In this document: positions 39,901 through 46,915 of the stretch, one piece after another
Layout of the letters: the number at the start of each line of letters is the position of its first letter
How positions within the stretch are numbered: position 1 is the first letter of the stretch
Assembly: GCF_025612915.1 (NCBI RefSeq)
Contig: NC_069115.1
Span: forward strand, 8,359,492 to 8,423,491
Reading direction: 5' to 3'
Source of the DNA: Crassostrea angulata
Taxonomy: Eukaryota
DNA: 64,000 nucleotides
Program-made: the position numbers and the translations under genes
Notes under the pieces: model-generated
Database searches by the model: none
The model's input: the letters and a program-made list of their open reading frames with translations, nothing else
Told to the model about the DNA's origin: nothing

Positions 39901-42900
39901 TATTAGCTAAGACACACAACATTAACTGGCTTAGGACCCCAATACTTTCATACTTTTATTCTTTGTATTCTTCAGGCTTTCACATGTACTGATGCTGATC
40001 AGACTATGGCTGATATTCGAGTATATGAGGGCTGTTATAAAGAGGCCAAAAAGAACAACTTCCTGGGAAATCTACAGATTGTAAATAAACTAGTTTTAAT
40101 ATTAATCAAAACAGATTTTGTGTAATTAATGCATCAGTTGTATGACTCTGCTATTCTTGTTACAAAGTTTTGTTCTTAATGGAAATAGAAAGCAACTGAA
40201 TCCATCATCCATCTCTTGTCTGAAGTTGTTGAGACATTTGTTCAATAGATTTAACATCAATTAATATTCAGTCTACAAATGTATTCACAAGTCTGACTCA
40301 GATATTTTATTAAATCAAAACTGTACAATATTTATGAAAAGGAAAATATTGGAGGCACGACTGTGGGCAGCACTTGGGTCACTGTTACCATCGACATTGA
40401 TGCAAACGGTATAGTGACTGTGACTGTAAATGACTTAGAATCAGTCAGCCTGGGTTCATGTGAGTATCTTGTAGAAAAATTTAGACTAACTACATGAAAC
40501 TATAATTATTTTCCTTGCATACTCTGATCATCCTCAAGAGGCCATATAAAATGCCTCTTTCATGCATTTTTAAAGCCTATGATCAGTGCTGCCTAAGAGA
40601 TTGGAATTAATGAGAATTTACTTTCAAATTGCTTATACCGGTATAGTCATTACTTTCCATTTGAACAGTTACTGTAAATGCAGAAAAGAGAAAACTGAGC
40701 CGGGAACAAATAGAAAATATGATTGAGAATGCAGATAATGTCCAGTTTCCAGGCAAGGTAAGCAATTGCTATGGCTAGAGCCTGGAAGAAATAGCTATTT
40801 GCATAAATTGTAACCCCAATACTTTTGTCAAATTCTATGAACTCCATGAAGATATTAGGGAATGTGTTGATTAATAGGTAACTATAAGGTCATTGGGTGA
40901 AGGATTTTGATGTACCAGGTAGCATGTGGAAGGTGCATATCCTTGGACTAATTTTCTTTATTGAATTTCATTGTCTTAGCCCATACAGTTAAATCTTGGT
41001 ACCAGCTCTCACTCTAGTATGGATTGTGTTTGTGATGAGCTAATGACTTGGAGAGACCTATAATACATTGTTAAGTTACTGTAACAGTAGTACTGTTTAA
41101 TGATAGTAAATACACTAGACATTTTGTTTCTTGAATTGTTTTAAAACTTATATGCATTGCTTCAAACCCCCCAAAAACAATTTTTTCTAATCAAAGAAAA
41201 AATATCTTTGGATTATGCCATTGCATGTAGATTTGCCGTTGCTATGTTTGACTTTATTGTCTTTGAATGTAACAGGGGTGTTTATAAAATGTACATGTAT
41301 ATTCAATAAACATTAAAAAAAAATCATTACTAATGTCCTCACTGTGATCTTTAAAATGTTTTTTGTAGATTTCACCAAGAAGATTCCGACTACCAGCATT
41401 ACCAAGTGGACTGACAGAAAAAGGTAACTGTACAATCTAAACAATTCCTTCTCTCCACTGTACTACTGTACCTGTACAAGCACGTAGGATGCCATACATA
41501 CATATATTTCTATTGACTGATGTTCATTAATTTCTGTTTTGCATTGGCAGCTCTGGACGACATCAACAGCTATGGTATAGGGACGTCAGTTAGTAACATC
41601 AGGAAGAGGTCCCCCAACCTCAGCCTCTCCTCTCTCAGATCTGTGTTCAATATACAACAGGTATCCATCTCTCTCTTCCACTCCTTTGCTTCCTTTATTA
41701 TACAATATTTCAACTTTTTATTAAGAAGTCTACATTTATGACACAGAAGGAGTTTTTTGTCAACGTTTTTCACCCTTCTATTTGCAAATGTCTTGGCCCG
41801 TCATGAATTATCCCAGACTAATTTAGAAGTAGATACACTTTCTAAATAATACAGTTATTTGAAAATTGTTTTGAATATGTCCATTCTTAAATTCCCAATG
41901 ACATCAGGGTGAAAGGGGTAAAATTAAACAGGGCAAATATATTCTGCTATATACAGTATATCTATAAAAATTTACTTAAAAGTTTTTGGTTTTTAAATAT
42001 TTTCCAATGTCACATTGTCAATAAAGTCTCTTATACAATAGCAAGATAGCTGGCACATGCATCTATGTCTTTAAAATTGTCAAAGTCATACATGTAATTA
42101 TATAGTCATTAAAATTATGTCCAACAGAACAACTTATGGAAACTTGATGAGAGTTTGGAGGAAACTTTTGGAATTGATACAAAAAAATGCAGGGACATTC
42201 TTCAAAGAGCAGGTTTGCACTCGCTAGGTAAGTATTTGACAATAGTGTAAATACAATGTATTGTATATATGTGGGAGTCTCTTGACAAAGTGATAAGCAC
42301 CATAATTTATAATTAAAACTTAAGATATTATTTATTTGAAAAACCTTGAAACTGACCATGAAATTTAAATTAATTGAAAAATGTCATTCATTAGATAAAA
42401 GAAAAAGCTTCATTTTAATATTTTTTAAATATTAAATTTTTGAACATACTGGGTATGTTATGTAGTCAAGAGATTTTAATAAAAACTTAATTGACAGAAT
42501 ATATTATATGTACTAATATTTGAAAATCTCACCCTCATCTTGATCTTTAAGTCAAGTCTACTGTCACATACTAGCTGTTAGAATATTATCAATGTCATAA
42601 TTACATGTATGCATGTAGACAATATTTTCTCCAATTAAAAATTGGAAAATTGATTTTGGTTATTTGTGAATGTTATGATTGCATACCAGTGTGTACATGT
42701 TTTTAATATATACCTGTAATGAAGAGATAATTTTAATGCTTTTTACTACAGGTCAAAAAGTCTCTGAGGAAAGCATTGAAATCCTCTCCTCTGCACTGGC
42801 CCTGGTCCTCATTTACAAAGTGATTGCCCCAGAGTTATTCCCCATGGATTTTTCCAATCCAATTACGATTGCGACAGCGTTCCTAATGGGAGCCAAAAAG

Positions 42901-43104
42901 CTGGATGGAATGACAGCCGTGGGCGACATTTTGCCGTTACTGAAGAAATCAGTGGACACGTACATAGCCAAGAGGCAGAAATACGACTGGGTGTGCAGCA
43001 TGCTGGAATTAGGTCACTCTTGGGAGGAAGCGGCCTGTAAGATGCTGGGGTATACACAATCCTCTGTAAGGGACCCAGGACCTGTGTACATACCCGTTAT
43101 GTAA
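5227..43104 (+). CDS. PARP4: Vault poly(ADP-ribose) polymerase (PARP4)-like gene, span from ATG to stop; ~41 coding exons, ~2397 codons predicted
   Basis: Chain of GT-AG (one GC-AG) exons with mutually consistent phases; summed exon length is 7194 nt, which is 3 x 2398. Exon translations align with human PARP4 in order: BRCT, PARP regulatory and catalytic, VIT, vWA, C-terminal MVP-interacting-like region. Individual exons are listed below. Confidence 0.8.
6467..6665 (+). CDS. PARP4: PARP4-like exon 2 (BRCT continued)
   Basis: [54 protein letters not shown]... resembles human CTHIILDNADVLSQYQLNSIQKNHVHIANPDFIWKSIREKRLLDVKNY; acceptor TCTAG, donor GTAGGT. Confidence 0.7.
7703..7851 (+). CDS. 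PARP4: PARP4-like exon 3
   Basis: ...[17 protein letters not shown] resembles human LPQDFEVAKYNTLEK; phase-consistent acceptor CAAAG at 7701-7702, donor GTATAT. Confidence 0.5.
8055..8140 (+). mobile_element. tRNA-derived SINE-like fragment
   Basis: actcagtggttaaagtattgggcttgtgaaccccagatcaagagttcgaatctgcttgggg has D-loop-like and T-loop-like (gagttcgaatc) boxes; related copy on the minus strand at 58025-58090 (ggcttgtgaaccgcaaatcacgagttcgaatccgcaatggg). Confidence 0.4.
8381..8521 (+). CDS. PARP4: PARP4-like exon 4
   Basis: [47 protein letters not shown]; acceptor CACAG, donor GTGAGA; 47 codons, phase 0. Confidence 0.6.
9005..9169 (+). CDS. PARP4: PARP4-like exon 5
   Basis: [32 protein letters not shown]... 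resembles human RRQFAIKKTSEDASEYFENYIEELKKQ; donor GTACGA. Confidence 0.65.
9315..9452 (+). CDS. PARP4: PARP4-like exon 6 (PARP regulatory helical region)
   Basis: ...[33 protein letters not shown] resembles human DLVEMIWAEALGHLEHMLLKPVNRISLND; donor GTGAGC. Confidence 0.7.
9599..9766 (+). CDS. PARP4: PARP4-like exon 7
   Basis: [13 protein letters not shown]...[18 protein letters not shown]...[10 protein letters not shown] resembles human KAEGILLLVKAALKNGE..LQKMMTEFYRLIPHKG...LLAKKADLCQ. Confidence 0.75.
9967..10115 (+). CDS. PARP4: PARP4-like exon 8
   Basis: [15 protein letters not shown]...[13 protein letters not shown] resembles human LIRDMVNVCETNLSK..AKYRALRCKIEHV; donor GTGAGT, ends with 2 extra nt. 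Confidence 0.75.
10267..10401 (+). CDS. PARP4: PARP4-like exon 9 (PARP catalytic)
   Basis: ...[19 protein letters not shown] resembles human NVRPLLHGSPVQNIVGILCR. Confidence 0.75.
10516..10614 (+). CDS. PARP4: PARP4-like exon 10 (PARP catalytic)
   Basis: [32 protein letters not shown] resembles human GLLLPKVVEDRGVQRTDVGNLGSGIYFSDS; donor GTGTGT. Confidence 0.8.
11102..11285 (+). CDS. PARP4: PARP4-like exon 11 (PARP catalytic)
   Basis: [51 protein letters not shown] resembles human STSIKYSHPGETDGTRLLLICDVALGKCMDLHEKDFSLTEAPPGYDSVHGV. Confidence 0.8.
12186..12351. repeat. ~165-bp foldback palindrome
   Basis: aaacaataaaatgctttctttgttgattcattcgggttatgaaggtagc ... gctaccttcatatcccgaatgaatcaacaaagaaagcattttattgttt; arms are reverse-complementary with ~1 mismatch. 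Confidence 0.85.
12803..12947 (+). CDS. PARP4: PARP4-like exon 12 (end of catalytic domain)
   Basis: [20 protein letters not shown] resembles human DDEFVVYKTNQVKMKYIIKF; donor GTGAAT. Confidence 0.8.
13240..13370 (+). CDS. PARP4: PARP4-like exon 13 (start of VIT)
   Basis: [44 protein letters not shown] resembles human SSSTKAGLQDASGNLVPLEDVHIKGRIIDTVAQ; donor GTAAAC. Confidence 0.7.
14035..15305 (+). repeat. 72-bp minisatellite x ~17.5, unit is the copied 3' splice site plus first 30 nt of PARP4-like exon 14
   Basis: Unit attgattgtaatagtacatcagtatttggttcggttgtcag|gtggtggtgttacaagagtaccacaacaac; the last unit runs straight into real exon 14 at 15306; it produces a spurious 457-aa repeat ORF. 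Confidence 0.9.
15306..15530 (+). CDS. PARP4: PARP4-like exon 14 (VIT domain)
   Basis: [68 protein letters not shown] resembles human [68 protein letters not shown]; the acceptor is the last unit of a 72-bp minisatellite. Confidence 0.85.
15886..16056 (+). CDS. PARP4: PARP4-like exon 15 (VIT)
   Basis: [26 protein letters not shown]... resembles human [26 protein letters not shown]; weak donor GTCTCT. Confidence 0.75.
16362..16472 (+). CDS. PARP4: PARP4-like exon 16
   Basis: [37 protein letters not shown]; 37 codons; a partial duplicate with its own acceptor lies ~100 bp upstream. Confidence 0.6.
16679..16816 (+). CDS. PARP4: PARP4-like exon 17
   Basis: ...[26 protein letters not shown] resembles human GFSLHIGLSAAYLPRMWVEKHPEKESE. 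Confidence 0.75.
17132..17318 (+). CDS. PARP4: PARP4-like exon 18 (vWA start)
   Basis: [32 protein letters not shown]... resembles human EACMLVFQPDLDVDLPDLASESEVIICLDCSSSMEG. Confidence 0.8.
17333..17362. repeat. (GA)15 microsatellite
   Basis: Read directly; other dinucleotide runs: (GA)9 6259-6276, (AT)n 13645-13672, (GA)26 36895-36946, (CT)20 51909-51949. Confidence 0.95.
17539..17612 (+). CDS. PARP4: PARP4-like exon 19 (vWA)
   Basis: [25 protein letters not shown]; long poly-T tract before acceptor; donor GTCTGC. Confidence 0.55.
17712..17899 (+). CDS. PARP4: PARP4-like exon 20 (vWA)
   Basis: ...[37 protein letters not shown] resembles human GSRNILLVSDGHLQDESLTLQLVKRSRPHTRLFACGI; weak donor GTTTCT. 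Confidence 0.7.
18262..18361 (+). CDS. PARP4: PARP4-like exon 21 (vWA)
   Basis: [34 protein letters not shown] resembles human GSTANRHVLRILSQCGAGVFEYFNAKSKHSWRKQ; donor GTAAAT. Confidence 0.8.
18588..18755 (+). CDS. PARP4: PARP4-like exon 22
   Basis: [24 protein letters not shown]...[11 protein letters not shown] resembles human IEDQMTRLCSPSCHSVSVKWQQLN...LVYGFIPHCTQ. Confidence 0.65.
18986..19066 (+). CDS. PARP4: PARP4-like exon 23
   Basis: [27 protein letters not shown] resembles human ATLCALIQEKEFRTMVSTTELQKTTGT. Confidence 0.6.
19405..19485 (+). CDS. PARP4: PARP4-like exon 24
   Basis: [27 protein letters not shown] resembles human MIHKLAARALIRDYEDGILHENETSHE; donor GTAAAT. Confidence 0.8.
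20058..20159 (+). CDS. PARP4: PARP4-like exon 25
   Basis: [34 protein letters not shown] resembles human MKKQTLKSLIIKLSKENSLITQFTSFVAVEKRDE. Confidence 0.75.
20400..21260 (+). repeat. Tandem repeat, ~185-bp unit x ~4.7, in a PARP4-like intron
   Basis: Repeated unit taccctcattgtacggataactcctcctacagttttcaagataggaagttgttcttttgtggatcaatt...taccagcttttgaacttagtcattttttggcaaaatattg. Confidence 0.85.
21260..21790 (+). repeat. Degenerate tandem repeat, ~130-bp unit x ~4 (aaggtcaaggtcat-containing family)
   Basis: Units tcttctctct..tggcccaatcttgctcat..cacagagtg..tgtgcagtgacctt..aaggtcaaggtcat recur with divergence; the motif is shared with the 147-bp satellite at 31262-31990. Confidence 0.6.
22134..22226 (+). 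CDS. PARP4: PARP4-like exon 26
   Basis: [31 protein letters not shown] resembles human ESPFPDIPKVSELIAKEDVDFLPYMSWQGE; donor GTAATG. Confidence 0.8.
24760..24876 (+). CDS. PARP4: PARP4-like exon 27 (acidic linker)
   Basis: [39 protein letters not shown]; phase 0 to 0, AG acceptor and GTAAAT donor; no homology, supported by frame continuity only. Confidence 0.4.
26352..26435 (+). CDS. PARP4: PARP4-like exon 28 (acidic/Gly linker)
   Basis: [28 protein letters not shown]; phase 0; donor GTATAC. Confidence 0.4.
26981..27185 (+). CDS. PARP4-like exon 29: actin N-terminal-like segment
   Basis: ...[57 protein letters not shown] resembles actin residues ~5-65 ([50 protein letters not shown]); acceptor TTACAG, donor GTAAGA, in phase with neighbours. 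Confidence 0.5.
27186..27720 (+). repeat. Decaying array (~14 copies) of the exon-29 donor motif TCACAG|GTAAGACA
   Basis: Real donor gccacag|gtaagat at 27185/27186, then ggtcacaggtaagacaa, aacacaggtaagatac, cgtcacaggtaagataag, ggacacaggtaagacatg, ggttacatgtaagacag, gtcacaggtaaatac, ggatacaggtaagacag ... Confidence 0.75.
27770..28990 (+). repeat. 49-bp minisatellite x ~25 (gtcaccagatcactctcagctaggtaaaacaatatgtcagtcgtcataa)
   Basis: Direct tandem copies with minor variants; each unit contains the donor-like string ag|gtaaaac. Confidence 0.9.
30407..30454 (+). CDS. PARP4-like exon 30 (small)
   Basis: (A)[15 protein letters not shown](G); acceptor TTATAG, donor GTAAAA; phase 1 to 1, consistent with neighbours. 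Confidence 0.3.
30856..31008 (+). CDS. PARP4-like exon 31 (acidic), candidate GC-AG intron
   Basis: [51 protein letters not shown]; the only phase-consistent donor is GCAAGT at 31009. Confidence 0.3.
31160..32175. mobile_element. Candidate composite non-autonomous element: short TIR tatacccccgc/gcggggggtat enclosing (GTCT)n and a 147-bp satellite x ~4.8
   Basis: (GTCT/GTCC)n 31213-31262; unit cgtgtccggtccatatctttcttatgg..gaccttgacccaaggtcatt..ggtcaaggtcactggcagaaaaagtg repeated 31262-31990; the 11-bp terminal inverted match is weak. Confidence 0.3.
32255..32590 (+). repeat. 24-bp minisatellite x ~13 (gtcgtatcatgtacctggtgacat)
   Basis: Direct tandem copies with variants ..catgtactgggtactat.. 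Confidence 0.9.
33289..35064 (+). CDS. PARP4-like exon 32: large low-complexity exon ([14 protein letters not shown] repeats, polyproline, WH2-like motif)
   Basis: 592-codon open exon, acceptor CTTCAG and donor GTAAGT. About 4 tandem ~56-aa repeats [21 protein letters not shown]...; [15 protein letters not shown] and [13 protein letters not shown] tracts; [16 protein letters not shown] fits the WH2 pattern LLxxIxxGxxLKK. Composition recalls the FGS/P-rich disordered region of human PARP4. Confidence 0.55.
35786..35889 (+). CDS. PARP4-like exon 33: Hsp70 NBD-fragment-like
   Basis: (E)[34 protein letters not shown] resembles Hsp70 NBD [36 protein letters not shown]; acceptor TTGTAG, donor GTGAGA. 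Confidence 0.45.
36036..37621. mobile_element. Non-autonomous hAT-like DNA transposon, 1586 bp, 11-bp TIR caggcttgggg, 8-bp TSD catacagt
   Basis: Left end catacagt|caggcttggggcgaattacattgtaaagtaatgcattgcattaccattac; right end ...gtaatgcattgcaatgcattaccattacatttagcattaccccaagcctg|catacagt; many subterminal gtaatgcattac/attaccattac repeats; internal (GA)26; no ORF. Confidence 0.75.
38410..38532 (+). CDS. Hsp70 substrate-binding-domain-like exon H1
   Basis: [41 protein letters not shown] against Hsp70 [37 protein letters not shown]; donor GTCAGT; phase 0. Confidence 0.6.
39976..40080 (+). CDS. Hsp70 SBD-like exon H2
   Basis: [35 protein letters not shown] against Hsp70 [35 protein letters not shown]; donor GTAAAT. 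Confidence 0.6.
40342..40459 (+). CDS. Hsp70 SBD-like exon H3
   Basis: [39 protein letters not shown] against Hsp70 [40 protein letters not shown]; the acceptor position is uncertain, donor GTGAGT. Confidence 0.5.
40669..40757 (+). CDS. Hsp70 SBD-like exon H4
   Basis: (F)[29 protein letters not shown] against Hsp70 [30 protein letters not shown]; acceptor GAACAG, donor GTAAGC. Confidence 0.55.
41369..41423 (+). CDS. PARP4-like exon (small, linker)
   Basis: [18 protein letters not shown]; acceptor TTTGTAG, donor GTAACT; supported by phase only. Confidence 0.3.
41551..41660 (+). CDS. PARP4-like exon (linker)
   Basis: (A)[36 protein letters not shown]; acceptor TTGGCAG, donor GTATCC; supported by phase only. 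Confidence 0.35.
42128..42227 (+). CDS. PARP4: PARP4-like penultimate exon (MVP-interacting-like C-terminus)
   Basis: [33 protein letters not shown] resembles human DGFWKLTPELGLILNLNTNGLHSFLKQKGIQSL; donor GTAAGT. Confidence 0.7.
42752..43104 (+). CDS. PARP4: PARP4-like terminal exon with stop TAA 43102-43104
   Basis: [23 protein letters not shown]...[26 protein letters not shown] resembles human GVKGRECLLDLIATMLVLQFIRT...ICPRLELGNDWDSATKQLLGLQ; the ORF runs from the acceptor to the stop. Confidence 0.7.
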
Positions 43105-44250
43105 TCAACAAAATACATGAAGATTTTGACATGGATAATTTATATTTTTGTTACTGTTAAAAGGTTTTTTAAATGAAGAAAAATCCATTTGTATTTATAT
43201 ACATGTACTGTATATTGTTTGTATTTATATACATGTACTGTATATTGTTTGCCTGCTAGTAACCATTGCAAGATAATTTACTGATGACATTAAAAATAAG
43301 AAATCATGCATGGACAATATGCCTGCATGTATATAGACTGTACATGTTGATGAAATACGTACTTTCTCTTGGAAATCCCCCCTCCCCCTCCCCCCCCCCC
43401 CCAAAAAAAAAAAATAATAACACAATAAAAAAGACTAACAAAATAAAAAAGACTAGAATAAGATTCAAAAAATCAATTGAAATTGACACCAAAAAAAAAG
43501 ATTTTCAAAATACTGTGGTACCATGAAAAAAGGGCTCGCCTCATACCTAAATTGAATTATTAAATGTTAATGATTATATTTGAAATGAATATATGAAATA
43601 CCCTTATATTATGATTTGAATTATCAAATCAATGATTAGCAATAACACAGGCTTGTTCAATACTGATTAACAGCTTAAAAGTGTGGGCCAGGCTTGCTAA
43701 TAAAAATCTTGAACCATTACCAAAACTTTACCTAAATCTCCATACAGTACCTTGTACATATACTCACCTCATGTAGTTGATTAATGAGGCAGGGTGATTA
43801 ACAAATTAATTAACCATCACGCCTACGCTTGAATACAAGTAACGATTCCTTTGCAGCCATAAGGCTTTAAGCTTATAATTTAAATGAAAAAAAAATCAAA
43901 TATACCAGTATTAGTGTTAAAAATATTGAATATCTTTCTATATTTGAACAAACAACTCTTCTTCTCCAGGAGATTTTTATAGCAGTTGTGTAGAACGTTT
44001 ACAAATTAACATCCAGCCCTCTAAATGTACATGTAGTGTATAATTCTGTAGACATTACACATAGCAACATACATATATTAGTGTATATTTACATTTCCCA
44101 GTGTCTTTGCCTGTGATAACACTATGTATCGATTTTGTACTATATAACCCATAATACAAATGACGCCAAAATGAGGCGCCAGCGGGGTTTGTTTATTTTT
44201 ATTTAAGTATTTGATCGTACGATGGCTAAAAATTATATAAATATAAGTAA

Positions 44251-44364
44251 TAAGGAATCATTCTTTGAATATTATGAGGTAATAATTTTGGTTGGGGTGT
44301 GATCGGATTTGATCACGCCCCGACCAAAATTATCACCTCATAATACTCAAAGAATGATTCCTTA
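44251..44364. repeat. ~114-bp foldback palindrome
   Basis: taaggaatcattctttgaatattatgaggtaataattttggttggggtgtgatc ggattt gatcacgccccgaccaaaattatcacctcataatactcaaagaatgattcctta. Confidence 0.85.
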
Positions 44365-45384
44365 TTCCTTATATAGATTTTGACTGTGATATGCATGTTC
44401 TAACTGAGCACTTGAGTGTGGAAATCTCCACATGGTAAAATGGCCAATATATTATTTTTTCAAGATATCTTACATGTCGCTATGTAAATAATTATATTTA
44501 TTTAGGAAAGCTTTCTTTAACACTACAGTTATCATTTATTTGTAATTTAATAAAATTTTAATGTGAATCTATTTAAGGGGCAGATAAATTCTAGCATTTT
44601 GAATTCTTCAAATGTTAATGAAATCAGCTGTTCATTTTTTTTTTATTAGAGATGGAATTCATAATACAACCCAGCAAATTTTTTTTATACCACTGGCAGT
44701 TATTTTGTTTGATACATACGGTAATTTTCTTCACAACAATTTCAAATTTTCACAAACCATATTTATCAATCCAAGATCTAAATATTGTAAACACATAAAA
44801 TTGGGAAAATAAAATGTTAATTCAAATTGTGACCATGCTCCTTTTAGATTTACTAAATGTTAAAGAACATAATTGTTAATCAAATACAATGTTAGTGCCT
44901 TTACTTTGGACAATTTTGTCTGTTGTGTACAATTTTTCTTTAAAAAAAATAAAGTTGATAAATACATGTAGCTTTAAAAAGTGTTGATGTCTTTTTTTAT
45001 GTATATAACTATATATGTATATTTAGTATCCCAGTAAGATGGATGAACTCTTGGTATTTTCCAAAGTTCAAAAGGAATTTATTAAATGCCTCCTTCTAAA
45101 ACAAGAGGCCCATGGGCCACATCGCCCACCTGAGGAACAGTAGGTATGATAAAATCAGCTTAATGGAGTCATAATACAAACTATCTTGACAATGTACAAT
45201 AATACATGTAGATCCTGTATAAATAAAATCCATATTTCCCCTGTATATTATTATGTTTACAATCATTAGTCCCTTTTCTAACAGGATGATTTTATAGTCA
45301 TATCATATGTTGAGTATTGCAGTTCTAAAAAATATCCTTAATAATAGTTTTTATATGGGATATAAACCTACATCAAACTCTGAA

Positions 45385-46412
45385 CCTTCTTGTGAGGCCA
45401 AAGAATTGTCCTGGGGCCAAAGTCTTAACAATTATAAAGAATCATCTGGCTGATAAGTTTATGAGAAGAAGATTTTTAAAGATTTACCCTATATATTCCT
45501 TTGATAAACTTTGACCCCCCATTGTGGCCCCACCCTACCCCTGGGGATCATGATTTTCACAACTTTGAATCTACACAAGTTTCAGCTTTCCTGGCTGATT
45601 AGTTTCTGAGAAGAAGATTTTTAAAGATTTACTCTATACATATGTTAAATTTCGACCCCCCCCCCATTGTGGCCCCACCCTACCCTCAGGGGTCATGATT
45701 TTCACAACTTTGAATTAACACTACCAGGGGATGTTTCCACACAAGTTTCAGCTTTCCTAGGTGATTAGTTTCTGAGAAGAAGATTTTTAAAGATTTACCC
45801 TATATATTCCTATGCAAAACTTCGACCCCCCCATTGTGGCCCCACCCTACCCCCAGGGGTAATGAATATTCCTATTTAAAACTTTGACCCCCCATTGTGG
45901 CCCCACCCTACCCCCGGGGGTCATGATTTTCACAACTTTAAATCTACACTACCTGATGATGCCTTCACACAAGTTTCAGCTTTCCTGGCTGATTAGTTTC
46001 TGAGAAAAAGATTTTTAAAGATTTACCCTATATATTCCTATGCAAAACTTCGACCCCCCATTGTGGCCCCACCCTACCCCCAGGGGTAATAATTTTCACA
46101 ACTTTGAATGTACACTACCTGATGATGCTTCTACACAAGTTTCAGCTTTAATGGCTGATTAGTTTCTGAGAAGAAGATTTTTAAAGAATTACTCTATATA
46201 TTTAAATGTTAAACTTCGACCCCCCATTGTGGCCCCACCCTACCCCCTACACTACCTGAGGATGCTTCCACACAAGTTTCAGCTTTCCTGGTCTTATGGT
46301 TCATGAGAAGAAGATTTTTGAAAATTTCTCAAAATTTTCATAAATTCCTAATAATCTCCATTTGCAAAAGGGTGTGGTCCTTAATTTTCACAACTTTGAA
46401 TCCCCTTAGGCT

Positions 46413-46440
<28 letters not shown>
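45385..46440 (-). repeat. Satellite, same ~170-bp family as 845-1700 but reverse-complement orientation, ~6 units
   Basis: Units contain gagaagaagatttttaaagattt...ttgaccccccattgtggccccaccctacccc, which is the reverse complement of the 845-1700 unit. Confidence 0.8.
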
Positions 46441-46443
<3 letters not shown>

Positions 46444-46525
46444 CGGCCCAGTGGTTCTTGAGAAGATGTTGAAAATGTGAAAAGTTTGCAGACAGACGGA
46501 CGACAGACAAAATATGATCAGAATT

Positions 46526-46561
<36 letters not shown>

Positions 46562-46744
46562 GATTTTTATGTTGACCAAGAAAATGTTTTCTTAACAACC
46601 CTCTAGATATAAAAAAAATTCCTGCATCTATATTTCTAAGAATGAACGAGGAAACACCATAAAATTATGACCTACATATGCTGTATTTCTGACAAAATAG
46701 GACTAATGAAAACCAAGTAAATCCTTTTTTTCAGTTTTATTTCT

Positions 46745-46915
46745 TTATCGTGTAGCAAGTTCTGTTTTAATTTTGTCTACTCCTTGTTTGAGTTTGTCTG
46801 CAGAGATCAACAACACAGTCCGAAAAGCCTCAAACTGGTCCTCTGCATCCCAGGAACCAGCTACCACTGTGTCGCGTTCCGCCTGCACCGAGTACTGGAA
46901 ACTGGTTTCACTCAC
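46745..46915 (-). CDS. BCCIP: BCCIP-like terminal exon with stop TAA
   Basis: VSETSFQYSVQAERDTVVAGSWDAEDQFEAFRTVLLISADKLKQGVDKIKTELATR* resembles human KAILKFNYSVQEESDTCLGGKWSFDDVPMTPLRTVMLIPGDKMNEIMDKLKEYLSV*. Confidence 0.75.
   Translation of the reverse strand: MSETSFQYSVQAERDTVVAGSWDAEDQFEAFRTVLLISADKLKQGVDKIKTELATR

Noticed and set aside
38410-40757. Interpretation of the Hsp70-SBD exons as an independent nested Hsp70 gene or pseudogene
   Set aside because: Not rejected outright, but disfavoured. There is no NBD-encoding sequence and no start codon upstream. All four exons are on the host strand, and each junction phase matches the flanking PARP4-like exons. An inert pseudogene would not be expected to keep four clean GT-AG exons with an open frame. 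Kept as the alternative hypothesis in the finding.
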